A program made the position numbers and the translations under genes. The notes under the pieces are model-generated. The model ran no database searches and was not told where the DNA came from. It saw only the letters and a program-made list of their open reading frames with translations. A DNA stretch of 64,000 nucleotides from NCBI GenBank assembly GCA_030153215.1, contig JASKKA010000002.1:20165-84164 (forward strand), read 5' to 3'. This DNA is from Trichococcus sp. (GTDB lineage Bacteria > Bacillota > Bacilli > Lactobacillales > Aerococcaceae). Below, piece after piece: positions 40,049 through 51,722 of the stretch; position 1 is the first letter of the stretch, and each line of letters starts with the position of its first letter.

Positions 40049-41608
40049 ATGGATATATGGACTTTAGCCTTCGCTATCATAGCTTTAATTGTTGGTGTCG
40101 TTGTCGGATATTTATATCGAAAATCGAATCACGAAAAAGAAATAGCTGGTGCCAAAAATACCGCTTCCCAAATTCTTGAAGATGCTCGTAAAGAAGCAGA
40201 AACAACTAAAAAAGAAGCTATGTTAGAGGCGAAGGATGAGAACCACAAATACCGCTCTGAAATAGAAGATGAATTGCGTGAAAGACGCGGTGAGGTTCAA
40301 AAACAAGAAAATCGATTGATCCAAAGAGAAGAAAATTTGGACAGAAAAGATGCCAGCCTATCGAAGCGTGAGCAATCTATCGAGTCAAAAGAGGATAATC
40401 TTGTCAAAAGACAGAACGCTTTAGTTTCTGAGGAAAATCGCATTCAAGCATTGGTGGAAGAGCAACAACACGAATTGGAAAGAATCGCTACCTTGTCCCG
40501 TGAAGAAGCAAGACACATCATCATGGACGAAACAGAAAATCAACTTTCGCACGAAATTGCGGTCATGATCAGAGAATCAGACCAAAAAGCGAAGGATGAA
40601 GCAGATCGTAATGCAAAAAACATTATCCTGCAGGCGATCCAAAGAAGTGCAGCCGATTTGGTTTCGGAAGCAACAGTTTCAGTTGTTACATTGCCTAACG
40701 ATGACATGAAGGGCCGGATCATTGGCCGTGAGGGAAGAAATATCCGGACTTTGGAGACCTTGACGGGTATCGACCTGATCATCGATGATACGCCCGAAGC
40801 AGTCGTGTTAAGTGGATTTGATCCTATCCGAAGAGAAATTGCGAAAATGGCTTTGGAGAAATTAATTCAAGATGGACGTATCCATCCTGCGAGAATTGAG
40901 GAAGCAGTCGAGAAAGCCCGTAAGGATATGGATGAGCGTATAAGAGAAATCGGCGAACAAGCAACTTTTGAAGTTGGCATCCACTCTTTGCATCCCGATT
41001 TGATTAAAATTTTGGGACGTCTGCATTTCCGCACTAGTTACGGACAAAATGTCCTGAACCACAGCATCGAAGTCGCGAAACTTTGCGGCGTAATGGCTGG
41101 GGAACTAGGCGAAGACATCAATCTGGCCAAACGTGCAGGTCTGTTGCATGACATCGGAAAAGCGCTCGATCATGAAATAGAGGGCTCGCACGTTGAAATT
41201 GGCGCAGAAATAGCCCAAAAATACAAAGAAAATCCGGTTGTCATCAATGCAATTGCCTCGCATCATGGCGATGTCGAAGCAAACTCAATTATATCTGTAT
41301 TGGTCGCATCTGCTGACGCTTTATCTGCTGCTCGTCCGGGCGCAAGAAGTGAATCTCTTGAAAACTACATTCGCCGTTTGGAAAGACTGGAAGGAATTGC
41401 AAACAATTTCGAAGGTGTGGCAAGCAGTTTTGCTATCCAAGCTGGTAGAGAGATCCGCGTGATGGTCAAGCCAGATCAGCTTGACGATTCTCAAGCTATA
41501 CGTGTAGCTCGTGAGATTAGAAAGAAAATCGAAGAAGAACTAGATTATCCGGGACACATCAAAGTTACGGTTATACGCGAAACAAGAGTAATTGAATATG
41601 CCAAATAA
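40049..41608 (+). CDS. rny: ribonuclease Y
   Basis: N-terminal TM, coiled coil, KH ([12 protein letters not shown]) and HD domain (LLHDIGK). Confidence 0.97.
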   Translation: MDIWTLAFAIIALIVGVVVGYLYRKSNHEKEIAGAKNTASQILEDARKEAETTKKEAMLEAKDENHKYRSEIEDELRERRGEVQKQENRLIQREENLDRKDASLSKREQSIESKEDNLVKRQNALVSEENRIQALVEEQQHELERIATLSREEARHIIMDETENQLSHEIAVMIRESDQKAKDEADRNAKNIILQAIQRSAADLVSEATVSVVTLPNDDMKGRIIGREGRNIRTLETLTGIDLIIDDTPEAVVLSGFDPIRREIAKMALEKLIQDGRIHPARIEEAVEKARKDMDERIREIGEQATFEVGIHSLHPDLIKILGRLHFRTSYGQNVLNHSIEVAKLCGVMAGELGEDINLAKRAGLLHDIGKALDHEIEGSHVEIGAEIAQKYKENPVVINAIASHHGDVEANSIISVLVASADALSAARPGARSESLENYIRRLERLEGIANNFEGVASSFAIQAGREIRVMVKPDQLDDSQAIRVAREIRKKIEEELDYPGHIKVTVIRETRVIEYAK

Positions 41609-41617
41609 TGAAAAACC

Positions 41618-41646
41618 AAACGGGACAGCTTTTTGTCCCGTTTTTT
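41618..41646 (+). terminator. terminator after rny
   Basis: AAACGGGACA..TGTCCCGTTTTTT. Confidence 0.75.
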
Positions 41647-41749
41647 GCTTTTCAAGGGTATCCTGATGGACGGCAAGGGTGCAACGGCTTATCGAAACAG
41701 ACAAAATATGTTACTATAAAAAGACTAGAGTTTAGAGAAGAGGCTGAAG

Positions 41750-42556
41750 ATGAAAGTATTATTTATAGGGGATATCGTAGGTTCAATCGGCAGACAGATG
41801 CTGCAGGATACACTCCCGCAACTGAAGAAACATTACCGCCCGCAAGTGACCATCGTGAATGGGGAGAATGCGGCAGGCGGCAGAGGCATAACGGAAAAAA
41901 TTTACAAAGAATTTTTGCAGACCGGTGTGGATGTCATCACCATGGGGAACCATACCTGGGATAATCGTGACATATTCGAGTTCATCGGAACAGCAAATAA
42001 GATGATCCGTCCCGCTAATTTCCCTGAAGGCACTCCGGGCATCGGCTGGACGATGATAAAAGTGAATCAGCTGAAATTGGCTGTGGTGAATCTTCACGGA
42101 CGCGTCTTCATGAACAGTCTGGACGATCCTTTCCGAAAAGCGGATGAAATCCTGGAGCAAGTCCGGAAGGAAACAAATTGCATCTTTGTTGATTTCCATG
42201 CCGAAACGACAAGCGAAAAGCAAGCGATGGGCTGGTATTTGGACGGACGCGTTTCCGCTGTAGTCGGAACCCATACGCATGTACAGACAAATGATGCCCG
42301 GATCTTGCCTGGAGGGACAGGTTATTTGACGGATGCCGGAATGACTGGGGCCTATGACAGCATCCTGGGCGTAGAAAAAGAGATCATCATCCAGAAGTTC
42401 CTTACGCAATTGCCAATTCGACATGAAGTGCCGGAAAAAGGCAGGAAATTGCTCTCAGGTTGCTATATCGAGATCAATGACCAGACCGGCAAGTGCGTAA
42501 AAATCGAGAACATCGTGATCAATGAGGATCGTCCATTTGGAGGGGAATTCTATTGA
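41750..42556 (+). CDS. ymdB: YmdB-family metallophosphoesterase
   Basis: FIGDIVG, NGENAAGG, GNHTWD, DFHAE and GTHTHV. Confidence 0.93.
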   Translation: MKVLFIGDIVGSIGRQMLQDTLPQLKKHYRPQVTIVNGENAAGGRGITEKIYKEFLQTGVDVITMGNHTWDNRDIFEFIGTANKMIRPANFPEGTPGIGWTMIKVNQLKLAVVNLHGRVFMNSLDDPFRKADEILEQVRKETNCIFVDFHAETTSEKQAMGWYLDGRVSAVVGTHTHVQTNDARILPGGTGYLTDAGMTGAYDSILGVEKEIIIQKFLTQLPIRHEVPEKGRKLLSGCYIEINDQTGKCVKIENIVINEDRPFGGEFY

Positions 42557-42927
42557 CCCAAGAACTGCCTATCGAAGGCCCGGCAGAAACAGAATTGAAT
42601 AGCCTGGTCGAAATGTTGAAAACAAACGAAGTGATCGTCCGCTACCAAGAGGCCGAAGAAAGCATAGAAGATAACCGAGCGCTGGAACAATTGGTCGAAA
42701 CCATCAAAAGCAAGCAAAAAGAAGCCGCGGCTTTTGAGCACTACGCTAAGCCGGCAGCGGCAGAAAAAACAGCCGCTGAATTAGCCGGGCTGAACAAGCA
42801 ATTGAAAGAAAGCATAGCGGTCCAACAATACCGGGACGCTTTATGGGATGCCAACGAACTGTTGGAAAATATCATCGGCATCATCCAACGCGGCGTCGAT
42901 GATGCGATTGAAAAAGATCAACCGTAA
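42553..42927 (+). CDS. ricA: RicA (YmcA) family protein
   Basis: Helical protein with IK.KQK..A..EHY.K and Y..A..DAN.LL; located between ymdB and mutS. Confidence 0.75.
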   Translation: MTQELPIEGPAETELNSLVEMLKTNEVIVRYQEAEESIEDNRALEQLVETIKSKQKEAAAFEHYAKPAAAEKTAAELAGLNKQLKESIAVQQYRDALWDANELLENIIGIIQRGVDDAIEKDQP

Positions 42928-42960
42928 GAAATGAAAAGATACATTGATTGAGGTGAAAGG

Positions 42961-45552
42961 ATGCCACAGAAGACTAAAAATACGCCCATGATGGAACAAT
43001 ACTTATCCATAAAAGCGCAGTATCCGGATGCGTTTTTGTTCTACCGCTTGGGTGATTTCTATGAATTGTTCCATGATGATGCCATGAAGGCCGCAAAATT
43101 ACTGGAAATCACGCTGACAAGCCGCAACAAAAATGCAGATGAACCGATCCCTATGTGCGGGGTCCCATTTCATGCTGCAGCTGATTATATCCGCAGACTC
43201 GTGGAAATGGGACACAAGGTTGCCATCTGCGAACAAATGGAAGATGCCAAGCTTACAAAAGGCATGGTGCGCCGGGAAGTTGTGCGGGTCATTACACCCG
43301 GCACTTTTTTGAATGAGAACGGCAGCGAGAGCAAGACAAACAATTACTTGGCAAGTGTCGTCCGACACGAAGCAGGCGGGTATGCGCTGGGATATGTCGA
43401 CATCGGAACAGGGGAACTGAAAGTCACCCTGTTGACCAACGAAGATGCCGTATTCAACGAGCTCCAGACCTTGCCGTTCAAAGAAATCGTCCTGGACTCA
43501 AAAACGGCTGAGGGTCTGACGGAAAAGTTGGAGAAGCATTTTGGCATCTTGGTTTCCATTCAGGAAAAGCTGATTCCGGAAGCGGACTTCCAGGATTTGC
43601 TTGCGGAATTAACGCAACAGTCGGAGAAGAATGTGCTTGTCCTGTTGTTGAGCTATCTTTCGGATACGCAAAAGCGGAGCTTGACCCACCTTCAGAAAGC
43701 CGTCGCCTATCAAACGGACGCTTTCCTGAAGATGGACACTTATGCGCGACGCAACCTTGAGTTAGCCGCATCCATCCGGACGCAGCAGAAAAAAGGCAGC
43801 CTGTTGTGGACGCTGGATGAAACAAAAACGGCTATGGGCGGGCGCATGCTGAAACAATGGCTTGAAAAGCCGCTGATCAACCTCAGCGACATACTCGGAA
43901 GACAACGGAAAGTGGAGTCGTTGGTCAATCACTACTTTGAGCGGATGGACATCAATGAGGCCTTGACATCGGTGTACGACCTGGAACGTTTGGTCGCCAG
44001 GGTGTCACTGGGAAATGTCAACGGCCGCGACCTGATGCAGTTGAAAACCTCTTTACAGCAGATTCCGGGATTGGTCCGAGCCATCGCTGCAATCGACGAA
44101 GCGGATGTTTGGCAGGGTGTCGTCGACAAATTGGAAGCCTACCCCGAGGTCATCGAGTTAATCGATCGGGCGATTATGGATAATCCGCCCATCCAAATCA
44201 CGGAAGGTAATATCATCCGTGAAGGCTACAATGAACAATTGGACCGCTACCGCGATGCCATGAACAACGGAAAACTTTGGATAGCGATGCTGCAAAAAGA
44301 GGAAAGAGAAAAAACCGGCATCAAAACGCTGAAAATAGGCTATAATCGTATTTTTGGCTATTACATAGAAGTGACGAAGGCGAATCTTGCTGCGCTGCCA
44401 GAAGGCACGTACGAGCGTAAACAGACACTCGCCAATGCGGAACGTTTCGTCACGCCTGCATTGAAAGAGAAAGAGACGCTCATTTTGGAAGCTGAGGAAA
44501 AATCTGTCCAATTGGAGCATGAACTGTTCATCGCTTTACGGGAGAAAATCAAAGGGTACAGCAAACAGTTGCAGTCACTGGCAAAACTGGTTGCAGAGAT
44601 CGATGTCCTACAGTCGTTCGCTCACGTCAGCGAAGCCTATCATTTTTCCAAACCGGAATTGAGCAACAGCAATCGGAACCTGTTCATCAAAGAAGGCCGT
44701 CATCCGGTCGTGGAACGGGTCATCGGCAAAGATAAGTTTGTGCCCAACAGCATCTCCATGGACAAAGACAACCACATCCTGCTGATCACGGGGCCGAATA
44801 TGTCAGGCAAGAGCACCTACATGCGGCAGGTTGCGCTCATCGTCATCCTGGCCCAAATGGGGTGTTTCGTGCCGGCTGAGAAAGCCCATTTGCCTATCTT
44901 TGACCAAATCTTTACCCGCATCGGCGCGGCGGATGATCTCTATTCCGGGCAGAGCACGTTCATGGTCGAAATGGTCGAAACGAATCAAGCACTGCGATTT
45001 GCTACCGACAAGAGTCTGATCCTGTTCGACGAAATCGGCAGAGGAACGGCGACGTATGACGGTATGGCGTTGGCAGAAGCGATTCTGCGTTACATCGATC
45101 GCACGATCAAAGGCAAGACACTATTTTCGACGCATTACCATGAGTTGACCCAACTCGAAGCCGATTTGGCGGGGACAAAGAATGTCCATGTCGGGGCGAT
45201 CGAAAAAGATGGAGAATTGGTGTTCCTGCACAAACTGATGCAGGGACCTGCAGACAAAAGCTACGGCCTGCATGTGGCCAAATTGGCCGGAATGCCGGAT
45301 GAACTGATTTCCGAAGCGCAGATCATCCTCAATTCTTTGAATGAACAGCATGCGCCGCATCCTGGCTCGGACGTCACTGTTCCGGATGATACGGTCGAAC
45401 AATTGGCGCTTTTCCAGGAAAGCGCGATGCACCCCAACGAGAAACATATCCTGGATGAGTTGTCTGATCTGGCGTTGGAAGATTGCACACCGATGCAAGC
45501 CATGTTGATGCTGGACGGTTGGAAAAAGTTGCTTAAATCGCAAAAGAAGTAG
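42961..45552 (+). CDS. mutS: DNA mismatch repair protein MutS
   Basis: TPMMEQY, GDFYELF, GPNMSGKST, DEIGRGT and clamp motif QLALF. Confidence 0.97.
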   Translation: MPQKTKNTPMMEQYLSIKAQYPDAFLFYRLGDFYELFHDDAMKAAKLLEITLTSRNKNADEPIPMCGVPFHAAADYIRRLVEMGHKVAICEQMEDAKLTKGMVRREVVRVITPGTFLNENGSESKTNNYLASVVRHEAGGYALGYVDIGTGELKVTLLTNEDAVFNELQTLPFKEIVLDSKTAEGLTEKLEKHFGILVSIQEKLIPEADFQDLLAELTQQSEKNVLVLLLSYLSDTQKRSLTHLQKAVAYQTDAFLKMDTYARRNLELAASIRTQQKKGSLLWTLDETKTAMGGRMLKQWLEKPLINLSDILGRQRKVESLVNHYFERMDINEALTSVYDLERLVARVSLGNVNGRDLMQLKTSLQQIPGLVRAIAAIDEADVWQGVVDKLEAYPEVIELIDRAIMDNPPIQITEGNIIREGYNEQLDRYRDAMNNGKLWIAMLQKEEREKTGIKTLKIGYNRIFGYYIEVTKANLAALPEGTYERKQTLANAERFVTPALKEKETLILEAEEKSVQLEHELFIALREKIKGYSKQLQSLAKLVAEIDVLQSFAHVSEAYHFSKPELSNSNRNLFIKEGRHPVVERVIGKDKFVPNSISMDKDNHILLITGPNMSGKSTYMRQVALIVILAQMGCFVPAEKAHLPIFDQIFTRIGAADDLYSGQSTFMVEMVETNQALRFATDKSLILFDEIGRGTATYDGMALAEAILRYIDRTIKGKTLFSTHYHELTQLEADLAGTKNVHVGAIEKDGELVFLHKLMQGPADKSYGLHVAKLAGMPDELISEAQIILNSLNEQHAPHPGSDVTVPDDTVEQLALFQESAMHPNEKHILDELSDLALEDCTPMQAMLMLDGWKKLLKSQKK

Positions 45553-45558
45553 GTGAAA

Positions 45559-47592
45559 ATGATGGCCAAAATCAGGGAACTATCCCAAATATTGACGAAC
45601 CAGATCGCTGCTGGGGAAGTGATTGAACGCCCGGCTTCGGTCGTTAAGGAATTGGTGGAGAATGCCATCGATGCGAACAGTACGCAGATAGATGTCTTTA
45701 TCGAAGAAGCGGGATTGAAGAAAGTTCAGGTCACCGACAACGGCGACGGCATCGCAGCTGACGAGGTGAAACTTGCCTTTACGCGGCATGCGACCAGCAA
45801 AATCTACACGCAGGATGATCTTTTTCGCATCCACTCGCTGGGGTTTCGAGGTGAGGCTTTGCCCAGCATCGCTTCTGTCGCCAAAGTTTCGATCGAAACG
45901 GCTGTTGCTGACCAAAGCGGTACCTACTTGTCGATAAAGGGAGGCGTCATCGGGGAGGAAAGGCCGAACAAATCCCGCAAAGGGACTACGATCATCGTCG
46001 AAGACCTTTTTTACAACACGCCAGCCCGGCTGAAATACATCCGTTCCCTGCAGACCGAATTATCGAACATCACAGATATCATGAACCGGATTGCCTTGAG
46101 TCATCCTGAGATTGCTTTCCGTTTGCATCATGAAGGGAATCAACTCCTGCATACGGCAGGCAATGGCGACCTGCGCCAGACCATCGCGGGCGTCTACGGG
46201 ACAATGACTGCCAAGAAGATGAAACGGATCGAGAACGAAAATTTGGACTTCTCAGTGAAGGGATACATCAGCTTGCCGGACACGACGCGGGCAAGCCGCA
46301 ATTACATTACCTTGATACTGAACGGACGTTTCATAAAAAATTATGCCTTGAACAAAGCAATCATCGATGGTTACGGATCCAAGCTGATGGTCGGAAGGTA
46401 TCCGCTCGCCGTCATTGTGCTGAATGCGGATTCCCTGCTTTTGGACGTGAATGTCCACCCTTCGAAAAAAGAAGTCAGGATCAGCAAAGAAAAAGAGCTC
46501 GGTGAATTGATCCAAAGCGCAGTTGCTGCTGTTTTGCGTACGGAAGAACGCATCCCGAGCGGCATCGAAAATCTGAAATTCAAACGCCCGAGTCCGATTG
46601 AATCGGTCCGGACCGAGCAACTGAGTGTCTCATTCCGGTCATCCGATCAAGAGCTTGTGCAAGAAACGGAAGCGGCATTGCCGGTGACAGGCGAAAATGA
46701 GGATTTTCGATCCTTGGAGACATCGCGGAGCAATGGGCCGTTACACAATGGAACCGCCGGACATATAGAGTCCTATACAAATTCTGCAAAAGTCCAACCT
46801 CCGGAACACTTTCCACTTCCGGGTGAAGGGGGAGGATCGTCCCCTGATTCATTCATCGGTCAGCCAAAACCGGACCGTAACGAAACGGCCGGGCCTGACC
46901 TTTCTGCCGAACCAAAAAATCCGGATGCTCATGAAGAACCGATCATGAAAACCGTCCAAAAGGTCGAGTCGGAAGCAGAAAAGGGACCGGCGAACAAGCG
47001 GCCATTCCCGGACTTGCATTTTTTCGGCCAGATGCACGGTACTTATCTTTTCGCGCAAAACGAAAACGGACTCTACATCATCGACCAGCACGCTGCCCAA
47101 GAACGCATCAAATATGAATATTATCGCGAGGAAATCGGTAAGGTTTCCGCTGACCTCCAAGGTTTGCTGATACCGATCATTTTGGATTATCCGGCGAATG
47201 AATTCCAGTTGATCCAGGAAAGCCGGGATGTGCTGGAAGAAATGGGGCTGTTCCTGGAACCGTTCGGACAGAACAGCTTCATCGTCGAAAAACATCCTGC
47301 TTGGTTCACGCCGGGAGCGGAGGAAGAAATTTTGAAGGAACTGGTTGAGATGTTTTTGACCGAAGGTGACGTCTCCATCAAAAAACTTCGGGAAGCCACT
47401 GCCATCATGATGAGCTGCAAACGATCGATCAAAGCGAATCATTTCCTCAGCGACATAGAAGCCCGCCAACTGTTGGCCGATCTAGCGGAAACGGACAACC
47501 CCTATAATTGTCCGCACGGTCGGCCGGTGCTGATCCAATTCTCCAATCAGGATATGGAGAAGATGTTCAAACGGATCCAGGACCCGCACTGA
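45559..47592 (+). CDS. mutL: DNA mismatch repair endonuclease MutL
   Basis: NQIAAGEV, GFRGEAL, DQHAAQER and CPHGRP. Confidence 0.97.
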   Translation: MMAKIRELSQILTNQIAAGEVIERPASVVKELVENAIDANSTQIDVFIEEAGLKKVQVTDNGDGIAADEVKLAFTRHATSKIYTQDDLFRIHSLGFRGEALPSIASVAKVSIETAVADQSGTYLSIKGGVIGEERPNKSRKGTTIIVEDLFYNTPARLKYIRSLQTELSNITDIMNRIALSHPEIAFRLHHEGNQLLHTAGNGDLRQTIAGVYGTMTAKKMKRIENENLDFSVKGYISLPDTTRASRNYITLILNGRFIKNYALNKAIIDGYGSKLMVGRYPLAVIVLNADSLLLDVNVHPSKKEVRISKEKELGELIQSAVAAVLRTEERIPSGIENLKFKRPSPIESVRTEQLSVSFRSSDQELVQETEAALPVTGENEDFRSLETSRSNGPLHNGTAGHIESYTNSAKVQPPEHFPLPGEGGGSSPDSFIGQPKPDRNETAGPDLSAEPKNPDAHEEPIMKTVQKVESEAEKGPANKRPFPDLHFFGQMHGTYLFAQNENGLYIIDQHAAQERIKYEYYREEIGKVSADLQGLLIPIILDYPANEFQLIQESRDVLEEMGLFLEPFGQNSFIVEKHPAWFTPGAEEEILKELVEMFLTEGDVSIKKLREATAIMMSCKRSIKANHFLSDIEARQLLADLAETDNPYNCPHGRPVLIQFSNQDMEKMFKRIQDPH

Positions 47593-47666
47593 AGGCGTAT
47601 CATTTTTTATTTCTGCTTATTTATTGTAAAATCAAGGTAGTTAAATAGCAGATAGGAGTGGAAGAA

Positions 47667-48272
47667 ATGGTGCAAATCAATGATATTTCCGAAATGATGG
47701 GCGAACTGAACAAAGAAAGTTCGATTCAGGCGTTGGGCAGCAAAACGGGCGTTGATGCAAGCGTTTTGCCGAAATTGGCTGTCGTTGCAATTCCTTTGAT
47801 TCTTAGGGCATTAAGCAAAAACGCTGAGTCAAAAGCAGGGAAAGATTCCTTATCAGATGCATTGGAAAAACACAAAGGCCAGACGAAAGATGTTTCCTCG
47901 ATTGAAGACGTGGTCAAGAAAGTAGACACGGATGATGGGGATAAAATATTGGACCACGCTTTCGGGGACAAGGACAAGGTCGTGGATCAGATTGCTGCCC
48001 AAACCGGCATCAGCAAATCTGAAGTTGCCAAAGTTTTGGCTTCCATGGCGCCGATGATCCTGGGCATGTTGGCCGACAAGAAGGATGCAGATGGATTGGA
48101 TGCCGACGGTGTCGCCAAACAGACCGACATCTTCTCCAAGCAGGCTGAAGAAACAGCCACGAGCAATTTCGATATCACTGATCTTTTCCCTAAGCAGTCT
48201 GGAACGGCGACGCCATCGGCTACAGGCGGATTGGGCGGCATTCTGGGTAGCATTTTGGGGAATCTATTCTGA
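47667..48272 (+). CDS. DUF937-family protein
   Basis: L..AL..H, DGDKILDH.FG, LA.MAP.ILG.L and a Gly-rich GGLGGILGSILG end. Confidence 0.75.
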   Translation: MVQINDISEMMGELNKESSIQALGSKTGVDASVLPKLAVVAIPLILRALSKNAESKAGKDSLSDALEKHKGQTKDVSSIEDVVKKVDTDDGDKILDHAFGDKDKVVDQIAAQTGISKSEVAKVLASMAPMILGMLADKKDADGLDADGVAKQTDIFSKQAEETATSNFDITDLFPKQSGTATPSATGGLGGILGSILGNLF

Positions 48273-48296
48273 TGATATCCTGAAGAAGCGTAAACG

Positions 48297-48329
48297 AAGC
48301 AGAACAAGACTTTTTTGTTCTGCTTTTTT
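48297..48329 (+). terminator. terminator after DUF937 gene
   Basis: AAGCAGAACAA..TTGTTCTGCTTTTTT. Confidence 0.75.
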
Positions 48330-48379
48330 GCATTTTTTGATATACTGGAGCAATGAAAAGAAAGGGGTCTGATATCAGG

Positions 48380-48805
48380 ATGGATAATAAAGAAGAAAAA
48401 TTGAAGCGCTTGACGCCTTTACAATACGAAGTAACACAGAATGAAGCTACGGAAAGACCTTTTTCGGGCGAATATGATGATTTTTACGATAAGGGCATCT
48501 ATGTGGATGTCGTGAGTGGTGAGCCGCTATTCAGTTCTGCCGATAAGTACGATGCAGGTTGTGGTTGGCCTTCTTTTGCCAGACCAATCGCCACGCTGAA
48601 AGAGTTGGAAGACCGCAAGTTGATGCGCAAACGCACAGAAGTCCGGAGCGCTCAAGCCGACTCCCACCTTGGGCATGTTTTTGAAGATGGCCCTGCCGAG
48701 TTGGGCGGACTGCGCTATTGCATCAATTCGGCAGCCTTGCGATTCGTTCCTTACGATCAATTGGACGCGGAAGGCTACTCTGAATACAAACAATTATTCG
48801 AATAG
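48380..48805 (+). CDS. msrB: peptide methionine (R)-sulfoxide reductase MsrB
   Basis: TERPF, GCGWPSF, HLGHVF.DGP and RYCINSAAL. Confidence 0.96.
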   Translation: MDNKEEKLKRLTPLQYEVTQNEATERPFSGEYDDFYDKGIYVDVVSGEPLFSSADKYDAGCGWPSFARPIATLKELEDRKLMRKRTEVRSAQADSHLGHVFEDGPAELGGLRYCINSAALRFVPYDQLDAEGYSEYKQLFE

Positions 48806-48973
48806 GCAGCAAGATAAGTCCCATGGCTATCAGTCCTGGGATTTTTTGTCGCTTGTGCTGAGCCCCAAACGATTGTTCCCGCATATGTGACTGAGCGGCT
48901 GTCATTTCCAATCTGTTTTATGTTATGATAGGAACCGAATGATAATCAGGAAATGAAGAGTAGGAGTCAGATG

Positions 48974-49585
48974 ATGTACGAATACATAAAAGGTAAATTA
49001 GTCTACGTGGGACCGCTCTATGTGGTTCTGGAAAACGGTGGCATCGGCTACCAATTGCAGGTTGCGAATCCTTTCCGCTTTTCCGGAAGCCTGAACCAAG
49101 ATATGACGTTTTACGTCTATCAGGCAGTCCGGGAGGATGCAATCACATTGTTCGGGTTCAAGGACTACACGGAAAAGCAGTTGTACCTGAAACTGATCAG
49201 CGTCTCCGGAATCGGACCGAAGAGTGGTTTGTCCATATTGGCGAGCGATGATCACCTGGGTCTGATCCAAGCAATCGAAACGGATAATGTGGGGTATTTG
49301 GTGAAATTCCCTGGTGTAGGCAAAAAGACAGCCTCACAGATCATCCTTGACCTGAAAGGTAAACTCGGGGAACTGCTGCCCGATACCTATTGGATGGAAG
49401 AGCATCCGGCCCATGAAGCCGCTGGTGCACAGCCCGCTGTACTGACGGAAGCGTTGGAGGCTTTGGCCGGGTTGGGTTATTCGGATCGTGAAGTGAAGAA
49501 AATACTGCCGCTGTTGGAAAAAGAAAACTATTCCAGTACAGAAGAAGTGCTTCGTACGGCGTTCAAGCTACTTTTAAAAGGGTGA
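48974..49585 (+). CDS. ruvA: Holliday junction branch migration protein RuvA
   Basis: MYEYIKG, VREDAITLFGF, VSGIGPK and PGVGKKTA. Confidence 0.96.
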   Translation: MYEYIKGKLVYVGPLYVVLENGGIGYQLQVANPFRFSGSLNQDMTFYVYQAVREDAITLFGFKDYTEKQLYLKLISVSGIGPKSGLSILASDDHLGLIQAIETDNVGYLVKFPGVGKKTASQIILDLKGKLGELLPDTYWMEEHPAHEAAGAQPAVLTEALEALAGLGYSDREVKKILPLLEKENYSSTEEVLRTAFKLLLKG

Positions 49586-49590
49586 TATAG

Positions 49591-50604
49591 ATGACAGCTG
49601 AAAACAGAATCGTTTCCGGAAATACGGAAGACCTGACAGAAGATTTGATCGAAAAAACATTGCGGCCGCAAATGTTGGCACAGTATATCGGCCAAGAAAA
49701 AGTCAAAAATGAATTGAAAGTTTACATCCAAGCTGCCAAAGCGCGCAGTGAAGCGCTGGATCACGTGTTGCTTTACGGGCCTCCCGGGTTGGGGAAAACG
49801 ACATTAGCGATGGTCATCGCTAATGAACTGGATGTCCGGATCCACAGCACAAGCGGACCCGCAATCGAGAGGCCGGGCGATCTGATGGTATTGCTCAATG
49901 AACTGGAAGCGGGGGATGTGCTCTTCATCGATGAAATCCATCGCTTGCCGCGGATTGTGGAAGAAGTGTTGTACTCTGCCATGGAGGATTATTACGTGGA
50001 TATCATCATCGGGCAAGGCCCCACAGCCCATCCGGTCCATTTTACGTTGCCTCCGTTCACACTGGTCGGTGCCACGACAAAAGCCGGCAGTCTGTCGGCG
50101 CCCTTGCGCGACCGCTTCGGGATCGTTTCGCGGATGGAGTATTACAGCCTTGAGGATCTTCGGCAAATCGTCCATCGCTCTTCGGATGTTTTGTCCACGA
50201 AAATAGATGAATCCGGAGCTGTCGAAATCGCCTTAAGATCCAGAGGAACCCCGCGAGTCGCCAACAGATTGCTCCGGCGTGTGCGCGATTTCGCCCAAGT
50301 CTATCGCGATGGCCTGATCACGAAGGAAATCGCCGACAAGGCCTTATCCATCTTGAGCGTGGACAATAAAGGGCTGGATGACTTGGACAGGCAGATATTG
50401 ATGACGATGATCCGCTTTTATAATGGCGGCCCTGTCGGCCTTTCAACGATCGCCGCCAATATCGGCGAAGAAATGGAAACGATAGAAGATATGTATGAAC
50501 CCTATCTGCTCCAACTGGGTTTCCTGCAGCGCACACCGCGGGGCAGGGTAGCCACCCCGATGGCATATGATCATCTGGGAATCAAGTATGATACAGAAAA
50601 TTAA
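49591..50604 (+). CDS. ruvB: Holliday junction DNA helicase RuvB
   Basis: [20 protein letters not shown] and RTPRGR. Confidence 0.97.
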   Translation: MTAENRIVSGNTEDLTEDLIEKTLRPQMLAQYIGQEKVKNELKVYIQAAKARSEALDHVLLYGPPGLGKTTLAMVIANELDVRIHSTSGPAIERPGDLMVLLNELEAGDVLFIDEIHRLPRIVEEVLYSAMEDYYVDIIIGQGPTAHPVHFTLPPFTLVGATTKAGSLSAPLRDRFGIVSRMEYYSLEDLRQIVHRSSDVLSTKIDESGAVEIALRSRGTPRVANRLLRRVRDFAQVYRDGLITKEIADKALSILSVDNKGLDDLDRQILMTMIRFYNGGPVGLSTIAANIGEEMETIEDMYEPYLLQLGFLQRTPRGRVATPMAYDHLGIKYDTEN

Positions 50605-50620
50605 GTGAGGTATTTTATCA

Positions 50621-51649
50621 ATGAGGACAAGTGATTTTGATTTTTATTTGCCGGAGGAACTGATTGCGCAGACACCGCTGCTGGATCGGTCATCATCCCG
50701 GCTTCTTGCCTTGGACTCCAAGACTGGAGAAATCAGGGACAAACATTTTACCGACATGGTGGAGGAACTTCAAGAGGGAGATGCGTTGGTGCTGAACAAT
50801 ACGCGGGTACTCCCTGCGCGACTCCACGGCGTCAAGCCGGATACCGGCGGGCATATCGAAGTTCTGCTTTTGAACAATATCCAAGGGGATGAATGGGAGA
50901 CACTCGTCAAACCAGGCAAACGGGTCAAAGTCGGGACGGTCATCTCTTTCGGGGATGGACGTTTGACAGCGGAAGTGACGCAATCATTGGAGCACGGTGG
51001 CCGCATTTTGAATTTCAAATATGACGGCGTATTTTTGGAGATACTGGAATCGCTGGGCGAAATGCCTTTGCCGCCGTACATCAAGGAGACGCTGGATGAT
51101 CAGGAGCGATATCAGACCGTTTACGCCAAAGAAGTCGGTTCGGCAGCTGCCCCGACCGCGGGGCTCCATTTCACGGCCAATCTGCTCGAGGAAGTAGCCA
51201 AGAGAGGGGTCAAAATCGTCTATCTGACATTGCACGTGGGCTTAGGGACTTTCCGTCCTGTATCGGTTGAAGATATCGCCAGTCACGAAATGCATTCGGA
51301 ATTCTACCAGCTGACGGACGAGGCAGCGCAGGCGCTGAATCAAGTCCGTTCCAACGGCGGCAAAATAGTGGCAGTAGGCACGACTTCTGTGCGGACACTG
51401 GAAACAATCGGCACGAAATTTGATGGGGAAATCAAGGCGGACAGCGGCTGGACCAAAATCTTCATTTCGCCCGGCTATTCCTTCAAGGTTGTGCAAGGCA
51501 TCATCACCAATTTCCATCTGCCGAAGTCGACTTTGGTCATGCTGGTCAGCGCTTTTGCCGGCAAGGACAATGTCCTGGCCGCTTATGAGCACGCAGTCAA
51601 AGAGAAGTACCGCTTCTTCAGCTTCGGGGATGCGATGTTCATCAAATAG
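50621..51649 (+). CDS. queA: S-adenosylmethionine:tRNA ribosyltransferase-isomerase
   Basis: [37 protein letters not shown] and [10 protein letters not shown]. Confidence 0.97.
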   Translation: MRTSDFDFYLPEELIAQTPLLDRSSSRLLALDSKTGEIRDKHFTDMVEELQEGDALVLNNTRVLPARLHGVKPDTGGHIEVLLLNNIQGDEWETLVKPGKRVKVGTVISFGDGRLTAEVTQSLEHGGRILNFKYDGVFLEILESLGEMPLPPYIKETLDDQERYQTVYAKEVGSAAAPTAGLHFTANLLEEVAKRGVKIVYLTLHVGLGTFRPVSVEDIASHEMHSEFYQLTDEAAQALNQVRSNGGKIVAVGTTSVRTLETIGTKFDGEIKADSGWTKIFISPGYSFKVVQGIITNFHLPKSTLVMLVSAFAGKDNVLAAYEHAVKEKYRFFSFGDAMFIK

Positions 51650-51652
51650 AAA

Positions 51653-51689
51653 AAAACCTTCAGGAATCAAATTCCTGAAGGTTTTTTTC
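51653..51689. terminator. bidirectional terminator
   Basis: AAAAAACCTTCAGGAAT-CAA-ATTCCTGAAGGTTTTTT. Confidence 0.85.
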
Positions 51690-51722
51690 TATTTCTCCGC
51701 CGTCTGTAAAACGAACTGTCGG

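Noticed and set aside
48297-48329. GAAC...GTTC upstream of msrB as an SOS box
   Set aside because: The spacer is much longer than 4 bp; this is the terminator stem.
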